A program made the position numbers and the translations under genes. Shown in pieces: positions 1-8,049 of a stretch of DNA of 33,716 bases. How positions within the stretch are numbered: position 1 is the first letter of the stretch; the number at the start of each line of letters is the position of its first letter. The stretch is from assembly GCA_903893335.1 (NCBI GenBank), contig CAITLX010000648.1, positions 1 through 33,716 on the forward strand, in the 5' to 3' direction. The notes under the pieces are model-generated. The model had not been told where the DNA came from and did not search any database. It worked only from the letters and a program-made list of their open reading frames with translations. The stretch comes from an uncultured delta proteobacterium (GTDB lineage: Bacteria; Myxococcota_A; Polyangia; Polyangiales; Polyangiaceae).

Positions 1-79
1 CGACGTCGACGGCGAGACGCCGGGCAAGCTCCCGATCCGCGCGACGATCTTGCCGGGCGCGCTCTCGCTGCGCGCCTGA
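1..79 (+). CDS. 3' end of a CDS truncated by the window edge; the C-terminus resembles YegS/BmrU/DagK-family lipid kinases
   Basis: The frame from nt 2 reads DVDGETPGKLPIRATILPGALSLRA, then TGA at 77-79, with G/C-rich third positions. The DGE...LPGAL tail resembles the C-terminal strand of diacylglycerol-kinase-fold lipid kinases. Only 25 codons are visible. Confidence 0.35.
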   Translation, partial: DVDGETPGKLPIRATILPGALSLRA

Positions 80-124
80 GCCCGAGCCCGACCCCCAAGC
101 GTGGGCCTGTGCGCGCGCCGACGC

Positions 125-1675
125 TCAGCGCGACGCGGTCGCGGCGCTCGCGTCGACCAGCCAGAAGCGCCCGCGGTGCGAGAGCAGGCGCGCGTCGCCG
201 GCGCGCTCGCCGAACGTGACGAGGCGCGGATCGTCGGCCGGGTGGTCGTCGGGCGTGCGCACGAGCACCGTCGGGAACCAGCGCGCGTAGTCGCTGTCGA
301 CGTCGTACTTGCGCGCGTCCCACTCGAGCCCGCCCGCGACCTGCGGCGGCCGCGCCTCGGGGCGGTAGTGCACCGGCATCGACTCGAACTTGAGGAACGA
401 GTAGCCGATGAGCCCGCGACGGCGCGCCTGGTAGTACGCGAGCAGGTGCACCCAGCTCTCGCGCAGCACGACGGGCTCGCCGCGCGTCGACCAGGTGACG
501 GCGACGACGCGCGCGCCCTCGGGGATGTCGTCGAGGATGGCGTCGGCGTCGCGCTGGTCGGGCAGGTGCGCGAGGTGCCACGCGGTGTTGAGCCCCGCCG
601 CGAGCGCGAGCGCCGCCGCGATCGGCCGCACGCGCCGCAGCGTCGCTTCGCCCACGAGCGGCGCCGCCGCGACGGCGAACACGAGCGCCCAGGTGGGGAA
701 GCGCTCGAAGATGAACCAGGTCGCGATGAAGACCTTGGGCACCACGCAGTACAGCGCGGCCCATGTGACCGCGAGCGCGCCCAGGACGACGTGCGCCCCC
801 GCGCGCCGCTCGCGCGCCTGGTAGAGCGCGACGAGGGCCACGAGCGCCGCCGCGAGGATCGCCTGGTCGGTGTAGTCGCTGAAGTTGCCGACGGCGAAGG
901 CGGTCGCGTGCAGCAGCTTGTACCAGAGCGGGTCGTCGAGGCCGTCGTCCCAGCCCTCCCAGTTGGCGTGCGACGAGCGCCGGTTGTGCACGAAGACGGT
1001 GATGCACCAGACGAACGCCGGCCAGAGCGGCCACGGGGCGCGCAGCAGCCCGCGCAGGCGCGCGCCCCACGTCGCCCCGAGCGACGACCAGCTCGCGAGC
1101 GCGGCGACGCCGACGCACACGCACAGGCAGAGCGTCACCAGCACGTGCGAGTACGCGAGCACGAACGCGACCGCCGCGAGCCGCGGCAGCATCCCGGGCT
1201 CGCCCCGCCACCAGCGCAGCCACCAGCCGAACGCGAGCAGCGCGATCGGCACGCTCACGAAGTAGTTCGCGAAGCCCCAGCCCACCGCGAAGCTGAAGGT
1301 GATGGGCAGCACGAGCAGCGCGTACCAGCGCGGCCTGCCCGCGATGCGGCAGAGCTCGAGCGCCGCGAGGCCCAGCAGCGGCGGGTAGAGCGAGATGACG
1401 AGCTTGCCGGCCGTCTCGGGCGACACGAGGAACGACAGCGCCGCGACCAGCAGGTGGAACCCGCCGTTGTAGGTCACGAGGTCGACCTCGAAGAGGGCGC
1501 GCTCGGGCGACGCCGGGTCGGCGAGGCGCCGGAGCATCGCGGCGACCGCGACGTGCTGCGGGTAGTCGATGAGCGGCGGGAAGCGCGCGAGCCAGAACGC
1601 CGCCATGAACGCCGCTACCGCCGACCAGAAGGCCACGGTCAACGCGCGCGTCTCGAGGCGGAAGAGGTCGCGCAC
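125..1675 (-). CDS. 516-aa polytopic integral membrane protein with a C-terminal soluble domain; possible GT-C-type transferase, family not recognised
   Basis: GTG start at 1675 with GAGG 8-9 nt upstream, 12 nt after the upstream stop. The first ~390 aa hold many hydrophobic helices (e.g. ALTVAFWSAVAAFMAAFWLA, YALLVLPITFSFAVGWGFANYF, VAFVLAYSHVLVTLCLCVCVGVAALA). A ~125-aa polar C-terminal domain follows. It is the last gene of the sugar operon. Confidence 0.8.
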   Translation of the reverse strand: MRDLFRLETRALTVAFWSAVAAFMAAFWLARFPPLIDYPQHVAVAAMLRRLADPASPERALFEVDLVTYNGGFHLLVAALSFLVSPETAGKLVISLYPPLLGLAALELCRIAGRPRWYALLVLPITFSFAVGWGFANYFVSVPIALLAFGWWLRWWRGEPGMLPRLAAVAFVLAYSHVLVTLCLCVCVGVAALASWSSLGATWGARLRGLLRAPWPLWPAFVWCITVFVHNRRSSHANWEGWDDGLDDPLWYKLLHATAFAVGNFSDYTDQAILAAALVALVALYQARERRAGAHVVLGALAVTWAALYCVVPKVFIATWFIFERFPTWALVFAVAAAPLVGEATLRRVRPIAAALALAAGLNTAWHLAHLPDQRDADAILDDIPEGARVVAVTWSTRGEPVVLRESWVHLLAYYQARRRGLIGYSFLKFESMPVHYRPEARPPQVAGGLEWDARKYDVDSDYARWFPTVLVRTPDDHPADDPRLVTFGERAGDARLLSHRGRFWLVDASAATASR

Positions 1676-1687
1676 CGTCGTGCCTCG

Positions 1688-2506
1688 TCAGCCGGCCGCG
1701 CGAGGCGACGGCGCGCCCGGGCGCTCGAACAGCAGCCACTTGTAGTCGGCGAGGGGCTCGAGCGACGGCGCGAGGTCGAGCAGTCGCTCGCCCGCGTCGA
1801 ACGCGGGGCCGACGAGCGCGTCGGGCAGATCGCGCCACGCGAGCGCGAGCCGAGCGGGGACGAAGCCCATGCCGCCGCGACGCGCGAGCACGAGCCCGGC
1901 GCGCGCCGCGTGCTCGATCCAGGCCTCGACGCCGAGCGGCAGGATGCGCCGCAGCAGGCGCGAGCGGTGGATGGGCTCGAGCAGCAGGAGGCGGCCGCCG
2001 GGGCGCGTGATCGACACGAGGTGCGCGAGCGCGCGGTCGAACGTGGGCACGTCGGCGCAGGCCATCGCCAGGCACGAGATGGTGAAGACGAGATCGAACG
2101 CGCCGACGAGCGCGTCGGGCGGGGGCTCGAGCACGTTCCAGGTGCGGTAGTCGACGGCGAGGCCCGCCGCGCGGGTCTCGCGCTCGGCCGCCGCGAGCGT
2201 CTCGGGGGCGAAGTCGAGCCCGGTGACGCGCGCGCCGCGCGCCGCGAAGTGGCGCGAGAGGCGGCCGGTGCCGCACGCGACGTCGGCGACGCGCTTGCCG
2301 TCGACGTCGCCGAGCACCGAGTCGACGATGGTGCGCTGACGCGCGTCCCAGTGGCGGTTGTACGTGTTGCTCGGCCAGATGCTGCGCGCGAGCCCCTCGT
2401 ACGACGCGGCCTTCATGTCCCAGTAGCGGGGCGAGTCGTAGAGCCCCTGCTTGCTCATGCGGTCGGCGAGCAGCTGGCGGAACGTGCGCCCGGCCTTCGC
2501 GCTCAC
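1688..2506 (-). CDS. Class I SAM-dependent methyltransferase (272 aa)
   Basis: Motif I VADVACGTGRLS followed by VTGLDFAPE. Rossmann-like core DLVFTISCL...ITRPGGRLLLLEP. I chose the GTG at 2506 because it overlaps the upstream TGA as GTGA (2503-2506). An alternative ATG is at 2458. The Arg-rich N-terminal 177 aa of track ORF 1688..3037 lies antisense-free over the ATP-grasp gene and was discarded. Confidence 0.85.
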   Translation of the reverse strand: MSAKAGRTFRQLLADRMSKQGLYDSPRYWDMKAASYEGLARSIWPSNTYNRHWDARQRTIVDSVLGDVDGKRVADVACGTGRLSRHFAARGARVTGLDFAPETLAAAERETRAAGLAVDYRTWNVLEPPPDALVGAFDLVFTISCLAMACADVPTFDRALAHLVSITRPGGRLLLLEPIHRSRLLRRILPLGVEAWIEHAARAGLVLARRGGMGFVPARLALAWRDLPDALVGPAFDAGERLLDLAPSLEPLADYKWLLFERPGAPSPRAAG

Positions 2507-3714
2507 GTCGGCTCCGTGACGATGCGGATGGCCGCCGCCGCGCGCGAGGCGTTCGCCGCGGCGTCGTCGCGATCGAGCCCGTGGGCGAGCACGTGGCCCG
2601 CGCGCTTCGAGCCGTCGGTCAGCGGGTGCACCGTGCCGCCGACCGGCACCCAGACCTCGGCGCCCGCGATGCCGGGCATCGCGCGCGCGGCCTCGAGGCC
2701 CTCGATGCCGACGACGCGCCCCGGCGTGCCGATGAGGAACTTGCCGATGGCGCCGCCGTGCGGCGCGCTCTCGGCGTCGGCGGCCTCCCAGTCGTCGCGC
2801 GCCATCGCGACGCCGAGGATCTTGCGGAAGAGCGACGTGCCGGACGCGAGCCACGCCACGTCGGGGTCGAGGCCACCGCCGAGGCGGTGCGCCGTCTCGA
2901 CGATGAACGCCCCCTTGGGGCCGACGCGCATCTGCGTGTACGAAGGCCCCCGCACGATGCCGAGCGCGCGCGCGCCGAGCACGGCCGCGTCGACGACCTT
3001 CGCCTCGGTCGCCGCGTCGAGGCCCGATGGAAACCACTCGGCGAAGGTGATGCCGGGCGGGTCGGGGTACTCGGTGATGACGCGCTCGGTGACGCTGTAG
3101 ACGCGCGTCTCGCCGGCGCGCGTGTAGGCGTTGACGCTGAACTCGCGCCCCTCGAGGAAGCCCTCGACCATGACGACGCCCGTGCTCGACGCCGCCTGCG
3201 CCGCGGCGAACGACGGCGCGAGCTCGGCGTCGTGCTCGACCTTGGCGACGCCGCGCTGCCCCCAGCCGCGCGACGGCTTCACGATGAGCGGCAGTCCGTG
3301 CTCCGCGCGGAAGCGGGCGAGCTCATCGAGCGTCGTCGCCGCGACGAACACGGGCACGGGCGCGCCGCCGGCCAGGTACGCCGCCCGCATGAGATCCTTG
3401 GACTGGCAGCGGTCGATCGTCGCGACGTCGGCGTAGAACGGCAGGCCGAGCCGCTCGGCGGCGCGCGCCGTCGTGGCGACCGCGACCTCGGAGCCGCACG
3501 ACGCGATGCCCGTCGCGCCGCTCGCGCGAACGGCCGCCGCGATCGCCTCGGGCTCGCCCGTCGAGGCGCGCACGAACGTGTCGCACTCGCGCACGCCGAT
3601 GGCCCCGGGGTTGAGGTCGGCGCCGACGACCTCGAGGCCGAGCGCGCGCGCGTAGCGCAGGAGGCCGAGCTGCGGCGCGCCGCACCCGACGATGAGCACC
3701 CTGCCCTCACCCAT
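2503..3714 (-). CDS. ATP-grasp domain carboxylate-amine ligase (403 aa)
   Basis: N-terminal Rossmann-like RVLIVGCGAPQLGLLRYARALGLEVVG. ATP-grasp core LPLIVKPSRGWGQRGVAKV...VMVEGFLEGREFSVNAY...IVETAHRLGGG. The ATG at 3714 overlaps the GT2 stop (3707-3709) by 8 nt. Confidence 0.9.
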   Translation of the reverse strand: MGEGRVLIVGCGAPQLGLLRYARALGLEVVGADLNPGAIGVRECDTFVRASTGEPEAIAAAVRASGATGIASCGSEVAVATTARAAERLGLPFYADVATIDRCQSKDLMRAAYLAGGAPVPVFVAATTLDELARFRAEHGLPLIVKPSRGWGQRGVAKVEHDAELAPSFAAAQAASSTGVVMVEGFLEGREFSVNAYTRAGETRVYSVTERVITEYPDPPGITFAEWFPSGLDAATEAKVVDAAVLGARALGIVRGPSYTQMRVGPKGAFIVETAHRLGGGLDPDVAWLASGTSLFRKILGVAMARDDWEAADAESAPHGGAIGKFLIGTPGRVVGIEGLEAARAMPGIAGAEVWVPVGGTVHPLTDGSKRAGHVLAHGLDRDDAAANASRAAAAIRIVTEPT

Positions 3715-4651
3715 CGAAGCCGACCTCCTCGGCCACGACGTAGAGCGGGCGCCCCTGGGCCTGGATGAAGATGCGCCCGACGTACTCGCCGATGACGCTG
3801 AGCGCGATGAGCTGCAGGCCGCCGAGGATGACGATGGCCGCGAAGAGGCTCGTGTAGCCCATCGCGATGTCGACCCCGAGCAGCTTCTGGGCGATGCGGT
3901 AGAGGCCGAAGGCGACGCCCGAGAGGGCGACGAGCACGCCGCCCGCGCCGATGATGCGCAGCGGCCGCGTGCTGAAGCCGACCATCAGATCGAACGAGTG
4001 GTTGATGAGCTTGGCGAGGTCGTACTTGGTCGTGCCGCTCGCGCGCGCCGCGTGCCCGACCTCGACGGTCGCCGACCGCGCGCCCGACCACACCGCCAGC
4101 GCGCTGAAGAATTTCTTCTTCTCGGGCAGCCCGGCGATGAGCCGCGCGGTGCGTCCGTCGATGACGCGGAACGTCGTCACGTCGTCCGGGAGCTCGATGC
4201 CGAGCAGCGTGCGCATGCCCCACACCAGCGCGCGCGAGGCGACGACGCGGTGCCAGGGGTCCTTGCGCGCGACGCGCACGCCGTAGACGATCTCGTAGCC
4301 CTCGTCGCGCTTGGCCAGCAGCTTGAGCAGCTCCTCGGGCGGATTTTGCAGGTCGCCATCCATCTGCACGACGAAGCGCCCCGACGACCGGAGGATGCCG
4401 GCCTGCACCGCGGCCTCCTGGCCGTAGTTGCGCGAGAAGCGGACCATGCGCACGCGCGGGTCGGCCGCGGCGAGCGCGCGAAGGAGCGTCGGCGTCTGGT
4501 CGCGGCTGCCGTCGTCGACGAAGACGATCTCGAAGGGCGCGCCCGCGGCCTCGAGCACCGGCACGAGCCGCTCGACGAGCGCGCGCACGTTGCCCTCCTC
4601 GTTGAGCACGGGGATGACGACCGAGTGCTCGATGGGGCCGCGCTCGCTCAC
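3707..4651 (-). CDS. GT2-family polyprenyl-phosphate glycosyltransferase (ArnC/GtrB/DPM1-like, 314 aa)
   Basis: Motifs SVVIPVLNEEGNV, FVDDGSRD and QMDGDLQNPPEEL. Two C-terminal TM helices (IIGAGGVLVALSGVAFGLY and TSLFAAIVILGGLQLIALSVIG). The GTG at 4651 overlaps the upstream TGA as GTGA (4648-4651). Confidence 0.9.
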   Translation of the reverse strand: MSERGPIEHSVVIPVLNEEGNVRALVERLVPVLEAAGAPFEIVFVDDGSRDQTPTLLRALAAADPRVRMVRFSRNYGQEAAVQAGILRSSGRFVVQMDGDLQNPPEELLKLLAKRDEGYEIVYGVRVARKDPWHRVVASRALVWGMRTLLGIELPDDVTTFRVIDGRTARLIAGLPEKKKFFSALAVWSGARSATVEVGHAARASGTTKYDLAKLINHSFDLMVGFSTRPLRIIGAGGVLVALSGVAFGLYRIAQKLLGVDIAMGYTSLFAAIVILGGLQLIALSVIGEYVGRIFIQAQGRPLYVVAEEVGFDG

Positions 4652-5799
4652 GGCGCGCCCCCTTGGGCTTCGTCGATCGACGCGCGCAGGGCCTCGACCA
4701 CCCGCGCCGCCTGCGCGTCGGAGAGCGAGGGGTAGAGCGGCAAGGACAGCGTGCGCTCGCCGATCGACGCCGCGTGCGGCAGCGCGTCGCGAGCGAGGGC
4801 GAAGCGCTCGCGGTAGTAGGTGAGCGTGTGCACGGCGCGGTAGTTGACCGCGACGCCGACGCCGCGTCGCCCGAGCCCCGCGAGCACGGCGTCGCGCAGC
4901 CGCGCGTCGACGAGCACCGGGAAGAGGTGGTGACCCGAGCGGCCGACGCGCGCCATCGGCGTGACGCGAGGGTCGGACGCCAGCGCGGCCTCGTAGCGCG
5001 CGACGACGGCCTCGCGCTGGTCGCGCCGCCGCGCGAGCCCGGGCACCTGCGGAAGCAGCAGGGCCGCCTCGACGTCGGTCATGGCCGCCTTGTAGCCGAG
5101 CTCGACCATGTCCCAGTGCGCGTACGGGGCGCCGTGGCGCGCCGCGGCGTCCTTCGTCATGCCGTGCGAGCGCAGCAGCCGCAGGCGCTCGGCCAGCCTC
5201 GGGTCGCGCACGGCGACCGCGCCGCCGTCGCCGGAGGTGATCGTCTTGGTGGCGTAGAAGCTGAAGACGGTGGCGTCGCCGAGCTCGGCGGTGCGGACGC
5301 CGTCGCGCTCGGCCTCGATCGCGTGCGCGGCGTCCTCGACGAGCGCGACGCCGTGGCGGTCGGCGATGGCCCGCAGCGCGCGCATGTCGGCGAGCTGGCC
5401 GTAGAGGTGCACGGCGACGATGGCGCGGGTGCGCGGCGTGATCGCGGCCTCGACGGCGGCGGGATCGATGAGCCCCGTGGCGGGGTCGACGTCGGCGAAC
5501 ACCGGCGTCGCGCCGAGGTGCAGCGCCGCGTTGGGCGTCGCGACGAACGTCATCGGGGTCGTGACGACCTCGTCGCCCGGCCCGACGCCGAGGGCGCGCA
5601 GCGCAAGGATGAGCCCGAGGGAACAGCTGGAGACGCCCACGACGTGCGGCGCGCCGAGCCACGCGCCGAACGCGCGCTCGAACTCGGCCACGCGCGGGCC
5701 GAGCGTGAGAAACAGGCTGCCGACGGTCTGGGCGACCGACGCCAGCTCGGCGTCGCCCAGCTCGTGGACGTAGAACTCGATGCGGTCGGGCTGCGACAT
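4648..5799 (-). CDS. DegT/DnrJ/EryC1/StrS (ArnB-like) PLP-dependent sugar aminotransferase (383 aa)
   Basis: Internal ATG at 5799 gives MSQPDRIEFYVHELGDAEL. Family pattern VGVSSCSLGLILALRALGVGPGDEVVTTPMTFVATPNA. PLP-lysine context FSFYATKTITSGDGGA. The upstream 267 aa of the track ORF are Arg/Ala-rich shadow sequence. Confidence 0.9.
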   Translation of the reverse strand: MSQPDRIEFYVHELGDAELASVAQTVGSLFLTLGPRVAEFERAFGAWLGAPHVVGVSSCSLGLILALRALGVGPGDEVVTTPMTFVATPNAALHLGATPVFADVDPATGLIDPAAVEAAITPRTRAIVAVHLYGQLADMRALRAIADRHGVALVEDAAHAIEAERDGVRTAELGDATVFSFYATKTITSGDGGAVAVRDPRLAERLRLLRSHGMTKDAAARHGAPYAHWDMVELGYKAAMTDVEAALLLPQVPGLARRRDQREAVVARYEAALASDPRVTPMARVGRSGHHLFPVLVDARLRDAVLAGLGRRGVGVAVNYRAVHTLTYYRERFALARDALPHAASIGERTLSLPLYPSLSDAQAARVVEALRASIDEAQGGAP

Positions 5800-5810
5800 G
5801 GCGTGGGCGC

Positions 5811-6848
5811 TCAGGACAGCACGCGACCGTCCATCGCCACGTCGTTCCAGGTGCGCTCGACCTCCGCGAGGAACATGTACTGCCGCAGCGTGTACCAGCG
5901 GCGATCGTCCGGATCGATGGCGCCCGACTGCAAGACCTCGAGGATCTCGTCGATGCCGTCCTCGATGGTGCGGGTGGGCGACCAGTCGAGCACCTCCTTC
6001 ACGCGCTCGAACGCGACGTTGTAGTCGCGCAGATCGGGGTCGGTCGACGCCATGACGATCTCGGTGCCCGGCACGCGGTCGCGCACGCGGTACGCGAGGT
6101 TGACGATGCGCACGTTGTTGGCGGTCGAGCCGATGTTGACCACCTGGCCGGCGACGCGCTCGCGCGGCGCGAGCAGCGTGCGGTGCACCGCCTCGGCGAT
6201 GTCGCGCACGTGGGCGAACGGGCGCCACTGCTTGCCGCCGCCGTCGACGGTGATCTTGCGCGAGGTGTACGCGTTCTTCGTCATGACGTTGACCGCGAGG
6301 TCGAAGCGCATGCGGCGCGAGAGGCCGAACACGGTGGCGAAGCGCAGCGCGGTGACGGTGATGCCCGTGGCGCGCGCGAGCTCGAAGAGGTGCGCCTCGG
6401 CGTCGGCCTTGCATCGCGCGTAGAGCGAGACGGGGCGCAGCGGCGAGGCCTCGGAGAGCGCCAGGCCGTCGCCGTGACCGTAGACGCTGCACGACGAAGC
6501 GAACACGATCCGCGACGCGCCGGCCGCCTGCGCGAGCCGCGCCACGCGCGCGGAGCCCTCGAGGTTGACGCTGCGGGTGAGCTCCGCGTCCAGCTCGCAC
6601 GAGGGGTCGTTCGAGATGCCGGCGAGGTCGACCAGCCCCTCGATGCCCTCGAACACGCGCGGGTCGACGCGGCGCACGTCGGCGCGCACCAGGCGGAGGC
6701 GCTCGCCGTGCGCGGCGCGCGCGGCGTCGAGCGAGCTCTCGCCGAAGTAGAAGCGGTCGACGACGGTGACGTCGTGGCCAGCCTCGAGCAACACGGGGAC
6801 GAGGGTCGAGCCGATGTAGCCGGCTCCGCCGGTGACGAGGACGCGCAT
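5811..6848 (-). CDS. Extended-SDR NAD-dependent sugar epimerase/dehydratase (345 aa)
   Basis: MRVLVTGGAGYIGS (GxxGxxG), ASSCSVYG, and YARCK (YxxxK). ATG at 6848. It is the first gene of the minus-strand operon. Confidence 0.9.
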   Translation of the reverse strand: MRVLVTGGAGYIGSTLVPVLLEAGHDVTVVDRFYFGESSLDAARAAHGERLRLVRADVRRVDPRVFEGIEGLVDLAGISNDPSCELDAELTRSVNLEGSARVARLAQAAGASRIVFASSCSVYGHGDGLALSEASPLRPVSLYARCKADAEAHLFELARATGITVTALRFATVFGLSRRMRFDLAVNVMTKNAYTSRKITVDGGGKQWRPFAHVRDIAEAVHRTLLAPRERVAGQVVNIGSTANNVRIVNLAYRVRDRVPGTEIVMASTDPDLRDYNVAFERVKEVLDWSPTRTIEDGIDEILEVLQSGAIDPDDRRWYTLRQYMFLAEVERTWNDVAMDGRVLS

Positions 6849-6940
6849 CGCGCGGCTTCTTACAAGACCCGGGCCCGCGTGGGAACCGGCGAGCCCCCGC
6901 CGGGCACCCGGACCGAACGGGTTACCCCCGACGTGCCCGG

Positions 6941-6970
6941 TTGGCAGGCCCGCGGCGAGGGGAGTATGCT
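6941..6970 (+). promoter_or_regulatory. Possible sigma-70-type promoter for the 7045 gene (TTGGCA-N18-TATGCT)
   Basis: TTGGCA at 6941-6946 and TATGCT at 6965-6970, inside the 196-bp divergent intergenic region. Identified by pattern match only. Confidence 0.25.
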
Positions 6971-7044
6971 GGTCGCGCCTTGAAACGGGGGGGTGTGCGG
7001 CACGGCATCGCGCCGGGCTCTCCCCACGCGGAGGCGAACCCTCG

Positions 7045-8049
7045 ATGCATGCCGTCGTCCACAGGCCGTCCGTCGCACCTGCGTGGGATTTCCCCACCGT
7101 GCTGGGGCAGCCGCTCATCGTGCGCCAGGTCGCGTGGCTGCGCGCGGTCGGCTGCACGCGCATCCTCGTCGAGGTGCACGCGGACCCGGCGGGCTTCGCG
7201 GTCGCCCGCTGGCTCGGCAGCCACGCGCCCGGAAGCTGCGACGTCGAGCTCGTCACGACCCCGCGCCCCCGCGGGCACGAGCAGGTCGCGCGCCGAGCCG
7301 GGCTGGCCGCCGGAACGCCGTACCTCGCGCTGCCCTCCGACGTCCTGGCCGACGCCGACCTCGCGCAGGTGCTCCGGTCGTCACGCGGCGACGGCGCGCG
7401 CGTGCTGCTCTGGTCGCCCGCCGGCGCGCGCGCGACGAGCGTGCTCATCCCCGTCGTCGGCCGCGCTCGCGAACCCGCGATCGTCGCCGGCGCGGGCTGG
7501 GCCGCCACCCTGCGCTCGCGGCGCGACGCGGTCGCGCTCGCCGACCTCGCCCTGATGGGGCGCCTGCCGCTCGACGGCCCCTGCCCGGTCACGCCGGTCG
7601 GCGCGGTCACGTCATCACCGCTCCCGCTCGCGTGGGTGGCTCCCACCGCGCACGTCGCGTCGACCGCCGAGCTGTTCGGGGCGGTCTACGTCGGCCCCGG
7701 CGCCTTCGTGGGTCCCGGCGCGCGGGTCGGTCCGAGCGTGCACGTCGGCGCTGGCGCGCGCATCGAGGCCGGAGCGCGCGTCGAGGAGGCGTGGGTCGAG
7801 GACGGCGCGACCGTCGAGCCGAGCGCGACGATCCTGCACGCCTCGCACGGACCGCAGGGAGCCGCCTCCCTCGACGACGGCGAGCCGGCGACGTTCGGCG
7901 ACACGCTGCTGTCGCGCCACAGCACGCCCTCCGCGCCGCGACGCGCGGGCTCACTGCTCGGCCGCGCGTTCGCCTGGCTCGAGCAGCCGGTCAGCGCGCT
8001 CGGCGGCCTCGAGACCCGCGACGACGCTTCGCGCCTGCGGCGCGCCTGA
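7045..8049 (+). CDS. Nucleotidyltransferase-like N-domain plus left-handed beta-helix (hexapeptide) C-domain protein; the canonical NTP-binding signature looks degenerate (334 aa)
   Basis: ATG at 7045 with GGAGG at 7030-7034. The N-terminus MHAVVHRPSVAPAWDFPTVLGQPLIVRQVAWLRAVGCTRILVEV resembles the sugar-1-P nucleotidyltransferase layout. Hexapeptide-like run VYVGPGAFVGPGARVGPSVHVGAGARIEAGARVEEAWVEDGATVEP. Confidence 0.75.
   Translation: MHAVVHRPSVAPAWDFPTVLGQPLIVRQVAWLRAVGCTRILVEVHADPAGFAVARWLGSHAPGSCDVELVTTPRPRGHEQVARRAGLAAGTPYLALPSDVLADADLAQVLRSSRGDGARVLLWSPAGARATSVLIPVVGRAREPAIVAGAGWAATLRSRRDAVALADLALMGRLPLDGPCPVTPVGAVTSSPLPLAWVAPTAHVASTAELFGAVYVGPGAFVGPGARVGPSVHVGAGARIEAGARVEEAWVEDGATVEPSATILHASHGPQGAASLDDGEPATFGDTLLSRHSTPSAPRRAGSLLGRAFAWLEQPVSALGGLETRDDASRLRRA

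Noticed and set aside
101-3100. 999-aa plus-strand ORF spanning the first 3 kb
   Set aside because: The translation is an Arg/Glu/Asp/Ala/Pro-rich low-complexity string with no motifs. It lies antisense to three minus-strand genes that have clear family signatures. This is a typical shadow ORF of GC-rich DNA.
2503-3714. ATP-grasp as a graspetide/microviridin-type RiPP maturase
   Set aside because: No short precursor-peptide ORF is adjacent. The gene is embedded by overlapping codons between a GT2 and a methyltransferase in a sugar operon. At 403 aa with a Rossmann-like N-domain, it fits metabolite-ligating ATP-grasp enzymes better.
6942-6956. Second sigma-54-like element, TGGCAGGCCCGCGGC
   Set aside because: Only the GG and GC dinucleotides fit. 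The -12 region is CGGC rather than TTGC, and GC dinucleotides are expected by chance in this composition.
1688-7646. Long N-terminal extensions of track ORFs 1688..3037, 3707..5662, 4648..6600 and 5811..7646
   Set aside because: The extensions are Arg/Pro/Gly-rich and overlap the preceding real gene. Family-typical N-termini begin at internal GTG or ATG codons (2506, 4651, 5799, 6848) that give 4-nt overlaps or short gaps.
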